This document shows, piece after piece, positions 37,321 to 51,265 of a stretch of DNA of 64,000 bases. Made by a program: the position numbers and the translations under genes. The notes beneath the pieces were generated by a model that was given only the letters and a program-made list of their open reading frames with translations, made no database searches and was not told the DNA's origin. Positions within the stretch are counted from its first letter, which is position 1, and every line of letters begins with the position of its first letter. Where the stretch lies: the NCBI RefSeq assembly GCF_009914755.1, contig NC_060944.1, one strand, 5' to 3'. The DNA is from the human T2T-CHM13v2.0 reference genome, Homo sapiens.

Positions 37321-37742
37321 AGCCCTGCCCGTCCTCCCTCTGGTCACATGGAGGGAGTGTCCTAGGCACTCCCACTCTCTGTCAAGCAGGACAGGGGATA
37401 TGGCACCTAGATAGGTGACAGAATTCAGGTGATATCTCAAGAACCCAAGGAAGAAAGGTGAGCTCAAGAGTTTCCCACCGGCTCCCGTCCCATTAATGTC
37501 GGATAGATGGCAATTTCGAGTCTTGTGCTTGCTATTATAAGCTGCTTCAAATCCTTCAGGAAAGCAGCTTTAGATAATGATAATTCCTAAAGGGGCCATG
37601 GGCATGGGATTAGGGAGGGAGTATGGGGGCCTCAGCTGTTTCTGTAAGGATTTAATCCTTTTAAAAACAAGTCTGAGACAAAGAGGGCAGCCTGCTAAAC
37701 GAGCAAGCTGGATGATGGGAACACAGGGATTCACATTAGTAA

Positions 37743-38241
<499 letters not shown>

Positions 38242-38289
38242 AATCAGTTCTAAATGTTAACATTGGTTTGCCAACATTAGAAGCTAACT

Positions 38290-39359
<1,070 letters not shown>

Positions 39360-40162
39360 TTAGATGTGAGCCCCAGACAGGCCAGCCAAGCAAGATTCTT
39401 CCCACACCACCACCTCACCTGTGACTGCTGGTGTGATGTGGAGCAGGTCACTTGGCCTCTCTGAGCCTCAGTTTTCTCATCAATAAAACAAGCATTTAAC
39501 TACCAAACCCCTTTCAGTGCTGTTTTTCTTTCTTCCTGGATCTCATGTCTTGAAGATAGGCTTATCAATCTATATTTTACAATCCATTTCCCCCTTTGGG
39601 TAATCAAAAACTTTCAGCATGTCAGACAGTTCCAAATGAGATAACCAGAATAAACACATAGAGTTGAGAATCTTCACTTCCTCGCCTACAGCCAACCCAA
39701 ACCCCATTCTTCTTTTCCTACACTCTAAGGGCTGGAAGAGCAAACTTCACTTTCTCAGACTCCTCTGCAGCCACACGTCACAGTACATTTCCGGTGAGAT
39801 GTAAGGGGTGTCTGCTGGAGACCTGGGAAAGCTTTTGATCTCATGCTAAAAGGGACAGATGTCATTGACATCACATCTTCTTCCTTTCTTCATGCCCACT
39901 GACATGATGCCTGGTGCTCCAGTAGCCATTTGGTGGCCTTGAGAAAAGGCCCAAGAGAATCACAGAGGCATCAGCAAACTGCTAAACCAATGGCAGCACG
40001 TGCCTCCCTCCAGCCTTCTTGTTATGTGAGCAGTAAAGCTCCTCTAAATGGAGGCTTCCACTCCTTGAAGCAGCATACTAGCCCACCTGTTATATCTTGT
40101 TCCTTAACACTTCTACAGATGCAGTGGCCACTGTGTCGGCTGGAATCATTCTGATTACAAGA

Positions 40163-40556
40163 TGTGTTAGTCCATCTGCATTGCTATAAAGGAATACCCG
40201 AGAATGGGTCATTTATAAAGAAGAAGTTTACAGGCTGTACAGGAAGCATGGTGCCGGCATCTGCTTCTGGTGAGGCCTCAGGAAGCTTCCAATCATGGTG
40301 GAAGGAGGGCGGGAACCAGTCTGTCACATGGCAAGACAGAAAGCAAGAGAGAGAAACAGAGGTGTCAGGCTCTTGTAAACAACCAGCTCTCGGAGAAACT
40401 CCCAGAGTGAGCACTCACTCATCACCATGAGAGGGCACTGAGCCATTCGTGAGGAATCTGCCCCTACGACCGAAACTCCTGCCACCAGACCCACCTCCAA
40501 CACTGGGGTTCCCCTTTCACATGAGATTTGTGGGGGACACATCCTACACCATATCA
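40163..40556 (-). mobile_element. MSTB/MSTA MaLR solo LTR
   Basis: TGTGTTAGTCCATCTGCATTGCTATAAAGGAATACC...CATGAGATTTGTGGGGGACACATCC...ATATCA; 5-bp TSD CAAGA/CAAGG. Confidence 0.9.
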
Positions 40557-41086
40557 CAAGGGCTAGAAACCTGACTCACAGCAGCTTCAGCAGGAGAAGA
40601 ACTTCACTGGCTCCTGTGGTTGGGAAGTTGGGGAGGAGCATTTGGCTCCAGACATGGCTGAAAATAAAGGCTCGCATCAGAGTTTGTTAACCTTAGTTAG
40701 AACTCCTGACATTCAGGATGGGACCAGCCTCTGATGATGTGGAGTGCATCTTCAGGCTCTGTCCATCTCTCTATTTCCACTCTGTGTCAGCCTCACCATC
40801 TTCCCCACAGATGTGCTCCTTGTAGAGTCCAGGAAGGATCCAGGCTTACACCACTCCCATCCTAGCAGTCCCAGGGCAGGATTCTGATCGATGGGTACCC
40901 CTAAGATCTCGTCGCCTCTCCATCTGATTGTATGAAGAGAAAGAAGAATCAGGGCCAGCGTGGGGCCACCGCCCATGCCTGACCTGAGCAGGCAGATGTG
41001 CTGGGGCGGGGCAAGTGTGGGAAGCTCACCAGGGCCAAAGAAAGTGGTGGAAAAGCAGTTTCTCAGAGAAAAACTAGGTGCTGTCA

Positions 41087-41514
<428 letters not shown>

Positions 41515-41997
41515 GAGATAATTCACATATCACACCATTCACCATTTTAAAAGGTATAATTCAGCACTTCTTACCATGTTCACAAGGTCGTGTGGGGGTT
41601 GCTGCTGTAGGAGTAGATGAGCTCACATGACCTTGTACGTTGCAAGAACCCAGCTCACACTTATCCAACACACGGCATCCCAGCTCTGGCCAGATCACAC
41701 TCTCGTGTCTGTTTTACAGATGAGGAAACTGAGGCTCAGACTAGAAAAAAAACTCACTGAAGATCACCTACCTACTTCACGGAGTGTTCACGGAAGATTC
41801 AAAAACACTCCAGCTCTCTCTGCTTGAGGGCGCCTCCCGGCCTTCTTAGCGTCAGGGGTGACCATGAGATTTGCCGAGGCCACATTCTCTTTTCCCACTG
41901 GCCTGCCTACTGGCCACATTTAAGATGATGGCTGCTCTATCTGTCTGGGTCTCTGAGTGACCATGGTAGCACTGTCTCTCTGCCAACCTGCAAGAGG

Positions 41998-42086
41998 CAT
42001 GTGATGTGTGTGAGATACACCTCAGTCATGTGATGTGTGTGAGAGGTACACCTCAGTCATGTGATTTGTGTGAGATACACCTCAGT
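41998..42086. repeat. 29-31-bp tandem triplication
   Basis: CATGTGATGTGTGTGAGATACACCTCAGT x3 (41998, 42027, 42058). Confidence 0.95.
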
Positions 42087-42369
42087 TTTTAAACCATAGA
42101 GATGTTAGGCTCGATTGTCACGTCGGCATAATCTAACCCATCCTGGCTGATACAGTCACATGACTAAGAGCCCAGAGCTAAGATTTATACCCGAGTCTGG
42201 GGCCCAGGCCTCAGGCCCTAACCACCCGGCTTCGATGGAGAGTGTGGGGCTTTCGGGGCTATCGCTGGGGCTCCTGAGGCCTGGCATTGGTGAGCAGCTC
42301 TGAGTGTCTGCTCATGGCCATGAAGGTAGGCATGGCAGGTGGAATGCCAGGGTGACCCTTGTCAGAGCC

Positions 42370-42912
42370 CACCCCTTGCCTCATAATCCCCCCTATCTCC
42401 AGTGTGGAAGGGCCTGTGGATGCCATGGGCTAGCGCTCCAGGAGCAAGCTCTGCTGTGGCACCATGACTGTGTGAGTTGAAGGGACCCTGACCTAACAAC
42501 CAGGTGAGCCCGGGAATGGGACGAGGCCCCTTCTGGAAAAGGAGATTCAAAGCCTAAAAGAGATTTGATGTGAGGGAGATTCTCGGTTGCTGGCTTCAAA
42601 AATGGAAGGGGCCACGGAGCCAGGAATGAGGTGGCCAACAGGAGCTGAGAGTGACCTTGACGGCCAGTAAGACCCAAGCTCTACCCCCCAGGGATGGCAT
42701 TCTGCCCGATCGCATGAGCTTGGAAGACCACCCAGAGCCCCAGAGGAGCACGCAGGCTGCCAACACCTTGACTTCAGCCTGGCGAGACCTGGGGCAGGGA
42801 ACCTAGTCGCACTGTGTGAAACCCCTGACCTCCAGAGCTGATGGGTAGCAAAAGGAGGTTTTAAGTCACAAAGTTTATGGCGATTTGTTACACAGCACTG
42901 AAAATGAATACA
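42370..42912 (+). mobile_element. MLT1E/F-type MaLR LTR
   Basis: GTTGCTGGCTTCAAAAATGGAAGGGGCCACGGAGCCAGGAATG...CAACACCTTGACTTCAGCC...GATTTGTTACACAGCACTGAAAATGAATACA. Confidence 0.8.
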
Positions 42913-43530
42913 AAAGTGTGTCTGTTGAGCGTGGGGAGAACCTCTTGGAAGACCCAGCTCCTCCTTTGTCCTTGGGTCCCATTTTCCAGAAACCCCCTCG
43001 CTCAGCACACCTGGAGATCCTCCCCCAGCCCCCTGCCTCTATTCCTGGCGGCTGCTCTAATTCCTCTATTATTCCCTTAAATACCTGCTCCACTAATGCG
43101 CCTTGTGACAGAGAGGTCTACTTGCAAGGGGTGAAAAAAAAATGAACTTAAGCTCTCAAATGCAGGCTCCTAGTCAGAGCTGAAAACACTGGGCCGAGTG
43201 GGCACAAAGAATGCCAGCTCTTGCCAACGTTGTTGAATGAGGTTTTTTAGTCTCGAACAAAGCTCTCCCTTTGAGGATTAACTGCCAACAGGGAGCTCTT
43301 TGTTTTGAGTAGAATTTAAGATTATTGCTGGGATAGAAACGGGGAGAAAGGTGACACCATCAAGATCGCACCGTGCAAATCCAGGATTATAGAAAACATC
43401 ATTTTTTAAAAACTTGTTGGCAAATATGGACACAGATTGTGCTGACACTCCAAAACGTCCACTTGATTTGTGACCAAGTCCTCGGTCTCATGTTTCCAAG
43501 GCAGGTGATGCCTTCAAAGATATACATGGA

Positions 43531-43839
43531 TAGCCATGCACAGTGGCTCACACCTGTAATCCCAGCAATTTGGGAGGCCAAGACAGTTGGATCACCTGAG
43601 GTCAGGAGCTCAAGACCAGCCTGACCAATATGGTGAAACCCCATCTCTACTAAAATACACACACACACACACACACACACACATGCACAAATTAGCCGGG
43701 TGTGGTGGTGTGCCCCTGTAATCCTAGCTACTCATGAGGCTGAGACGGGAGAATCGCTTGAACCCACGAGGCGGAGGTTGCAGTGAACCGAGATTGCGCC
43801 ACTGCCCTCCAGCCTGGGTGACAGAGCGAGGCACCATAT

Positions 43840-43888
<49 letters not shown>
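43531..43888 (+). mobile_element. AluS with a (CA)n in the middle linker (43657-43683) and a (TA)n tail (43843-43888)
   Basis: Dimeric Alu: CTACTAAAATACACACAC... replaces the A-rich linker, and a perfect ATATAT run replaces the poly-A tail. Confidence 0.93.
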
Positions 43889-43891
<3 letters not shown>

Positions 43892-45359
43892 TCCAGTATG
43901 TAGATCCTGGCACACAGAAAGGCCTATTCTCACTTGTTAGCTTTTTGTGTTGTTAGAAAAAAGGAAAACAAATCCTCAAGATACAGCCCGTGTGTTATTC
44001 CCGAGGTAGAAAACCCTGGCAGTAGGCGGAAGTGTGGGTGACTACAAGGCAGGGCTGAACGCGTCCTTCCAGAAGTCTAAGTCCTGGCCTGGTGTCCATG
44101 ATCGCTGACAACATGCCCCCCGCACCTTCCGTCCCCGAGCAGAGCTTGCTGGGGGGAAGACCCTGCCTTGTTGCTCCCATTCCAACAGGTCTGCTACTCT
44201 GTCTCTCTCTCTGAGTAAACTCCAGGTCCCATTCTTGGGCCACGGTCCTCACCACCTGGCTTTCCTGCTGTGTCTCCATCTCGCCTACCCGCTCCCTCCA
44301 CCCCAGCCGTGCCTGGAACACACTGGGCATGTTCTTGCCCCAGTACCTTGGCACAGTCATTCCTTTCACCCGGGATTCTGCTCCTCCAAATATCCACCTG
44401 GCTGACTCCATTTCTTCCAACTCATGCTCAAGAATCAAGAATGTCGTCTCCTCAGAGGGCTCCCTGCCGCCCTCATCTCTTCTCTGTGTACAGCTACATC
44501 TCACAGGCTTAATTCTCGATTCTCTTCTCCTCTTGGGAGTGGAGGCTCCACACTTTGATTCACATTCATCCTGGTCTCCTCGGAGCATTCAGGCCAGTGG
44601 AGAGATTACGACAACACGGGGGTGCACCTGGCCACGGTCCCTGCCCTCCTGGGACTCCCACTTGGGGACAAGTCCTGGACACTAGGCTGGGAGAGAGGGT
44701 GGGAGGATCAGCAGGGGGGACGTGGGGCTGGCCTGATCCCCCTCCTCCAGCCTGCACTTGCCAAGAGGCCCCAGGCCGGGTTCCAAGCAGCCCCGTGGCT
44801 GAGCTCCTTCCTGGTAATGATTTTAGGGCCACTCAACTTGTCAGCTCTGCCTTTCGAAGCTCCTAGGCGTGGGCTCTGAGCCGCGGTCACTCCTCGGTGA
44901 TCTCAGCTCAGGGAAGGGAGTCACGACACACTTAATTCAAAACAGCTGAAAACCAACAGTGGGAAGAGGACTCTGGTGACAATGGCTGGTGCTAAGGACT
45001 TGACTCGGTCTGCAGCCAGGCCAAGCGCTTGACACCTGCTCTCTCTTCTTCTCTAAAGGGATTTTTTATCTTAATGAGTTTTCACTGTATGTGAAGCTTT
45101 TCTCCTTTGACTTGCAACATAAGCCTAACCACTAATGGAAAGAGAAGACACTCTTTAATTTTTTTTATGAAACTGAGCATCATTGACTGAGGTAGAATGT
45201 ATGTATAGTCAAGGTGCAGTTCTGTGAGTTTTGACAAACATCCACAGTCACAAAATCATCTTCCACAATCAAGATGCAAAGAGTTCCACCGCATCAAATT
45301 CCCTCAATTTCATGCTGTCTTATTTAATCCTCACAGGAACCCTAAGGAGCTACTGAACT

Positions 45360-45600
45360 GTTAAGGACAGAGAGGGCAGGATTTTGTCCTCATGGACACC
45401 CCGACTTCCCACTGCCCGGCACAGTGTCTGGCGTATAGTAGTTACTCACTACATGTTTGTCAAATGACTGAATGAATGATACTGATATTATTGTTATGAG
45501 CAGTTTACAGATGAGGAAACTGAGGTTAGAGAGCATAAATACTGTAACTAATAAGATATGTGTCAAGGATGCAATGGCAAGTCTGTTGTTTGTATCTGCA
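45360..45600. mobile_element. L2 3' end (+) followed by MIR (-)
   Basis: GCACAGTGTCTGGCGTATAGTAG...TGACTGAATGAATGA, then TTTACAGATGAGGAAACTGAGG. Confidence 0.7.
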
Positions 45601-46004
45601 GCCCCCTGCCACAATCAGGGGCTCTCAGATCCAGAATTCCTTACGTAGGATGCCAAAGGCCTGGGTCGAGATCTCTGTGCAGCCTCGTGGGAAGCCAGCC
45701 TAAAACCTGGAAACCTTAACCTCCGTCTCCTGTTGCTTCTCAGGTTCAGGGACATTTATGTAGAGGATGCTTGGGGAGTGGGGGTGGGAAATGGGGCAGA
45801 TTGACCTTCCTGACCACGGGGTGGGAGAAGGAGTCCTAAACTGGAACTCCACCCTCAGGTCCAGTCCCGACTATGGAGTGACTTGCTGTGTGACCTCAGA
45901 CAAGTACCATGGCCTTTCTGGGTTCTAGTTTCTCCAACTACAAAATGAAAGAGGGGCTCCCACCTAAAGGGGTGAAAGCATCCTAATGGCTCTGCTCTTA
46001 CGGT

Positions 46005-46625
46005 TCTGTATCAGTCAGGACTTTCTTGGTTGCAAGTGATGGAAAATCCCACCCATGCTGGCTTATGGAAGGACAAGGGAGGATTTTTCTGGCTAACCAA
46101 GGAGTTTTTGGGGAGTGTTCTGATTCAGGTATGGCTCGATCCAGGTGCTCTGACAAAGAGTCAGTCTCTGTCTCTGCCTCTATCTGTCTATCGGTCAGTC
46201 TGTCCCTCTCCCTCTCTCTCTGTTGTTTTTCCTCCACTCTGGGCTCTGCTTTCCTGTGTATTGGCTCCATTCTCACGCAAGCTATCCCTATGGGATGGCG
46301 GATCGTTTCCAGCAAGCCAGGCTTTCATCGTGTCTTCCCTGAGCCCCCGGCAACAACAGCAACTCCCTTCGCCCCAGAGTTCAGGCAAAAGGTCCACATT
46401 GGCTCTGATTGGACAAACATGGGTCACATGCTCATCCCGGACCAATCACTGTGGCCAAAGAAGCAGCGTCCCCTGGTTAGCTAAGCCGGTGTCACAGAAC
46501 CACATCTGGCTATGAGGGTGTGGGTGATAAGAGCCACATCATGAAACTGGAGGAAGAGCAGTTTTCCAGAAAAAAAAACCTGGAATCATTTCCAGAATAA
46601 GGGAATAGATGCTGGGCAGGGAAAC
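46005..46625 (-). mobile_element. Old MLT1 (K/L type) LTR
   Basis: TGTATCAGTCAGGACTTTCTTGGTTGCAAGTGATGGAAA...GCTCTGATTGG...GGGTCACATGCTCATCCCGGACCAATCACTGTGGCC. Confidence 0.6.
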
Positions 46626-47009
46626 ATTTTAAAAAATCCATTACAGAGTCTGAATTACACCTGGTCCAACTGAGACCAAGGAGATTTACCTCCATTCATT
46701 GTTGCTCTGGTGGGTCCAGAGAATCCCTCTTGGGTCTTAGGGGTCCCCCAGCTCCAAAACCAGCCAGGCATTGCCTGCACTGTCACTGCACACCCGGGAT
46801 CAGTTCACTTCCTCTCTCTTCCTCCATGTTCTGATCTGAAAGACGATCTTCCCGTATTTCCCCCACAGCTCAGGGAGGAAGTCCATGTTTACTTCCTCAA
46901 AGGTGGCTGAGGGATGAGGCTCTTCTTGCTGGCCCCTGAGGTCACACCAGCCCTCAGAAGAAACTGAGAAACTCCTAGTAATTTTCGCTAAAGAAGATGG
47001 TTCAAGGGT

Positions 47010-47466
47010 TGTGTGTGTTTCCTCTGCCTGCTGTAATAAATTACTACAAACTAAGTGGCTTAAAGCAACACACGTCTATTCTTTGACAATCCAAACCCCA
47101 AAATGGGTCTCACTGGGTGACTAGCATGGTGCCAGCATGGCTGTGTGCCTTCTGGAGGCTCTGAGGGGAATCCGTTTCCCTGTCTTTTCCAGCTTCTAGA
47201 GGCCCCTGCACTCCTCAGCCCACGGCCCCTTCCTCCACCTTCAAAGTTAGTAGCACGGCATCTTGCAGTCTTTCTCACACCTCTGTTCCCTGCTTATAAG
47301 GACTCTTGTGATTACACTGGGCCCTGCCAGGTCATCTGGGATAACCTCGTCACGTCAAGAGCGATCTAACTCGATCCCATCGGCAAAGCCCCTTCTGCTG
47401 TGTAAGAGGACACATGCGCAGGTCCTGCGACGTGGACGTCTCTGGAGCCGTTATTCTGTTGACCAC
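47010..47466 (-). mobile_element. MLT1C-type MaLR LTR
   Basis: CTGCTGTAATAAATTACTACAAACTAAGTGGCTTAAAGCAACA...TTTTCCAGCTTCTAGAGGC...TATAAGGACTCTTGTGATTACACTGGGCCC. Confidence 0.85.
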
Positions 47467-48106
47467 AAAAGTCATTCCACTCATTCCCCTGCTGCCTGGT
47501 CCTCCACCCAGACTGGACCAGTGAAAATTTACTTTGTCTTGTAGAACGGCCTTACGGTGGATTAGGATGGAGTAGAAATTCTCCACATTCACACAAGCAC
47601 ACACAAACACAAACACAAACACAAACACGGAGGCTTCTCACCTCCTCTAGATTGCCAGCAGTGCATGGCACACACACAAATTCATTCTTTCATTCAGCAA
47701 CTATTTATGAAGCACCTACTATGTGCTTGACACTGCACTGGGGCTGCCATGGAGATGAAGACAGGGTCACACTCAGGGAGCTTACAGCCCAGTGCAGGAC
47801 AGAAACATCAAACCAAATAAATACGTCCAGATCTGTGAAAGAAATGAGAAGAAACAAACAAAAAACTTCACAAATGAGTACTAATTTATTCATCAATCTA
47901 CTCAGCCAATACTTATTAAAGGCCTACTATGTCCCAGCCATGTGGCGGTACTAGTGAATGGGGCAGAGCCAGCCCGCGTCCTCGTCCTCATGGAGTGTAC
48001 ACGCTAATGTGCAAAACAACAATTAAACATGTGACAGCAGTGGAGATCGGCTAGGAAGAGGGAGCACCCAGAATGGGGGTGTTGACAAAGGGAAGCAGTG
48101 AGTTGC

Positions 48107-48625
48107 GTATCTGTTATCCCTAGCTGAGTAACAAGCCACCCCCCAGCCACCATGGCATTTCTCACGAGTGTATAGGTCAACTGGAAGGTTCTGCTGATCA
48201 AGGCTGGTTGGCACTGATCAAGGCTGGGCTTGAACTTGTGTCTGCAGTCAGCTGGAGGATCAGTTGGGGTTGGCAAGTCTAAAACGGCATGGCTTATATG
48301 CATAGTGGTGGCTGGCTGTCAGCCCATTGGCTGGGCCCTGTGCCTCTCATCTTCCAGCAGGCTAGCTGGGTTTTGCTTACCCAGCAGAGGTGGAGCCCAA
48401 GAGATAACAGCAGAAATGTGTACGGCATCTCCTGGCCCAGGGTTGCAACTGGGACAGCCTCTCTTCCACCACATGACATTGTCCAAAGCAAGTCACAAGG
48501 CCAGCCCAGGTCCCAGGAGGGCAGGATGGACCCCACCTGTCGATGAGTGCAACAGCATAGTCACACTACCAACAGTAAGGTCAGAGGGAGTGGTGGGGCA
48601 CGTGGCTGTTTAAAAACTCTACCAC
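48107..48625 (-). mobile_element. MLT1F/G/H-type MaLR LTR
   Basis: GTATCTGTTATCCCTAGCTGAGTAACAAGCCACCCC...CAAAGCAAGTCACAAGGCCAGCCCAG...CTCTACCAC. Confidence 0.7.
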
Positions 48626-50230
48626 TAGGAAGATGACAGCAGAAAGCTGCCCAGGTATTTTTTTTTTTCTCTCTCTCTCTGCACCTGCACCACTCACATT
48701 CCACATCTGACCATTGGGAAATTCTTCCTCTGACACCTCCCTGCCTCTGCCTCCTTCTTCATCCTGCTCTGATTTCAGCCTAGGACACCTTTGCTGGGTA
48801 AATCTGCCACCGTGGAGCTGAGAAAAGACCCACGAGGCCCCCGGCAGGCCATCCCCAGCACTGAAGGTTCCTGGCGCCTGATGCCAGCACGCTGGACCTC
48901 AAGGGGGCCACAGGACTTCTCAGCTCAGCTCTTGATTTTTCAACCACCAAGTCATAAAGGCTTCCACGGAAATGGCCAGGAAAGCCCCTGTAGCCCTTTT
49001 GTAGTGCTGGTTTCTGGGTTGGCCTGACCAGCAAGGATCTTTCCAGATCTGCAGTAAAATCTGACCTTCGATTCAACCCGGCTTAATGAGTACGTACGGC
49101 TCACAAAGGCCCGGCACAGTCCCCAGAGCTGCTTTGGGGTGAGGCCTCCAGCCACGGGGCCAGCCCTTCCCTGTGATCTCAGTGCCCCCTCCCAGTCCCC
49201 ACAGAGCCAGCAGTGGCAGCTGCGGGGCTGCAGTTTGGGAAACGAACTGAGGCAAGAGGAGGAAACACTGAGAGCTGGAGCAAACCCAGCTGCTGGGAAG
49301 TCCCCGCAGGGCCAGCCAGACCTCCAGAAGGCCTGGAGGGTCCCAGCCTCTTTGCTTGCACAATGTAATGAGGCCGTTACCAGGGTGGACCTAGCATCAG
49401 ACTGCCTGAGTTCAAAGTCCTGCCCTGCCGCTCACCAGCTTGTGATCTGAACACGAGGCTCACCCTCTCTGAATGCATATTAGCCATCCTCAAGGTGGGG
49501 TTAAGAGCATCCACCGCCCAGGCTCACTGTATGGACGAAAGAAGAGCCACGAGGAAAGCTCAATAAATATTAGCTCTAATTGTTATTGCAGGCTTGGAGC
49601 ACACCTCACTAATTTGGAAGGCCCAGCGCAGAGGAACCACGCCCAGCCCAGCAATGAGAAAGCTTGTGTTCTAGTTCCAGTTCTGGTACTGAGACACTCT
49701 GTAGACACACCCTGGAAAAAAGGACTCATCCCCCCGTATCAAGAAGGAGAGAGGCCTGGGGGGTGGCGCTTAGTCTCATGCAAACAGCACCCCCAATCGC
49801 CCACCAAGGGCCAGGCCCTGGGCTGGACCCATCGTCTGCATCATCACCGCAACCCTCCCCCATTTCACAGGAGATTAGGAGATGGGGCCCAGCCAGGAGT
49901 CACCCCCGGCCTTGACCCCAGCCCCAAGCTCTCCATGTTCGTAGTTGTGTCGCCAGGCTCTGAGCACTTAGGCTACAAACGGAGCACAGACTCTGAGGGC
50001 TGGGGTCGCTGCTGCTCCTGCAAACAGCCCATGCTCCCAGTCTAGAAAAATCCTCCAGAAGATGACAGTTCCAGTTGATGGGACTGACAAGCCCCCCACA
50101 GGAAGGCAGTCTCCAGCTGACCACTGTTCCGTGAGGCTGTCTGAGCAGGCTTCGCTATGCACGCATAATAGCGACAGCGCAAACAGCAGCAGCAGCAGCA
50201 GCCTCAGCTGGCTCGGCGGGGCTTGGCTCA

Positions 50231-50545
50231 GCGTGTGCGGGGTGCTGAGCTAAGTCTTCCCAAACGGCGTGTGCGGGGTGCTGCGCTGTCTTCCAGATCC
50301 GCTTGTGCAGGGCGCTGTGCTGTCTTCTGGTTCGGCGTGTGCGGGGCGCTGTGCTAAGTCTTCCGGCTGGGCGTGTGCGGGGCGCTGTGCTAAGTCTTCC
50401 GGCTGGGCGTGTGCGGGGCGCTGTGCTGTCTTCCGGTTCGGCGTGTGCGGGGCGTTATGCTAAGTCTTCCGGCTGGGCGTGTGCGGGGCGCTGTGCTGTC
50501 TTCCGGTTCGGCGTGTGCGGGGCGCTGTGCTAAGTCTTCCGGCTG
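50231..50545. repeat. CpG-rich minisatellite, 9 units of 36 (A) or 34 (B) bp
   Basis: A = GCGTGTGCGGGGCGCTGTGCTAAGTCTTCCGGCTGG, B = GCGTGTGCGGGGCGCTGTGCTGTCTTCCGGTTCG. Units start at 50231, 50267, 50301, 50335, 50371, 50407, 50441, 50477 and 50511 (order ABBAABABA). Confidence 0.97.
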
Positions 50546-50599
50546 CATTCGCACTCTTTCCCTCCGACTCAACCATGGCAGTGAGGCACTGTTTTGTTT

Positions 50600-51265
50600 T
50601 GCTTTGCTTCTCAATTTTCCTGTGGTAAAATACACCTAATATTCACCATCTTAACCGTTTTTAAGTGTACAGTTCAGTGGCATTAAGTACCTTCATAATA
50701 TTATACAACCATCACCATCTCCAGAACCCTTTCATTTTCCCAAACTGAAACTCTGTCCCTGTTAAACACTAACTCCCCACTTCCCTGCTCCCCCACACCT
50801 AGTGACCACCCTTCTGCTTTCTGTCTCTATGAAATGGACTGCTCTAGAGAGCTCCTATATGTGGAATCATACAGTATTTGTACTTTGTGACTGGCTTATG
50901 TCACTTAGAGTAATGTCCTCAAGGTTCATCCATGCGGGAGCCTGTGTCAGAATTCCCTTCCTTTTTAAGGCTGTATAATATTCCATTGTGTGGATGCACC
51001 ACGTTTTGCATATCCATTCATCTATTGATGGGCACCTGGGTTGCTCCCACATTTCTGCTGTTGTGAATAGCGCTGCTATGAACATAGGTGTCTCTTCTAG
51101 ACCCTGCTTTCAATTCCTTTGGGTTTGTATCAAGAATTGCTGGAATTGCTGGATCAAGTGATGACTCTATTTTCAGTTCTTTGAGGAGCTGCTATACCGT
51201 TTTGCACAGCAGCTGTGCCATGCCCACCATCAGTGCAAAAGGGTTCTAGTTTCTCCACATCCAGC
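50600..51265 (-). mobile_element. L1MB-type 3' end
   Basis: TTTTAAGTGTACAGTTCAGTGGCATTAAGTAC...AGGTTCATCCATG; ORF-track peptide MFIAALFTTAEMWEQPRCPSIDEWI (L1 ORF2 C-terminus). Confidence 0.92.

Noticed and set aside
50184-50202. (CAG)n expansion locus
   Set aside because: Only about 6 units and not in a supported ORF.
50231-50545. CRISPR-like array (34-36-bp repeats)
   Set aside because: Units are head-to-tail with no unique spacers, there are no cas genes, and the context is primate.
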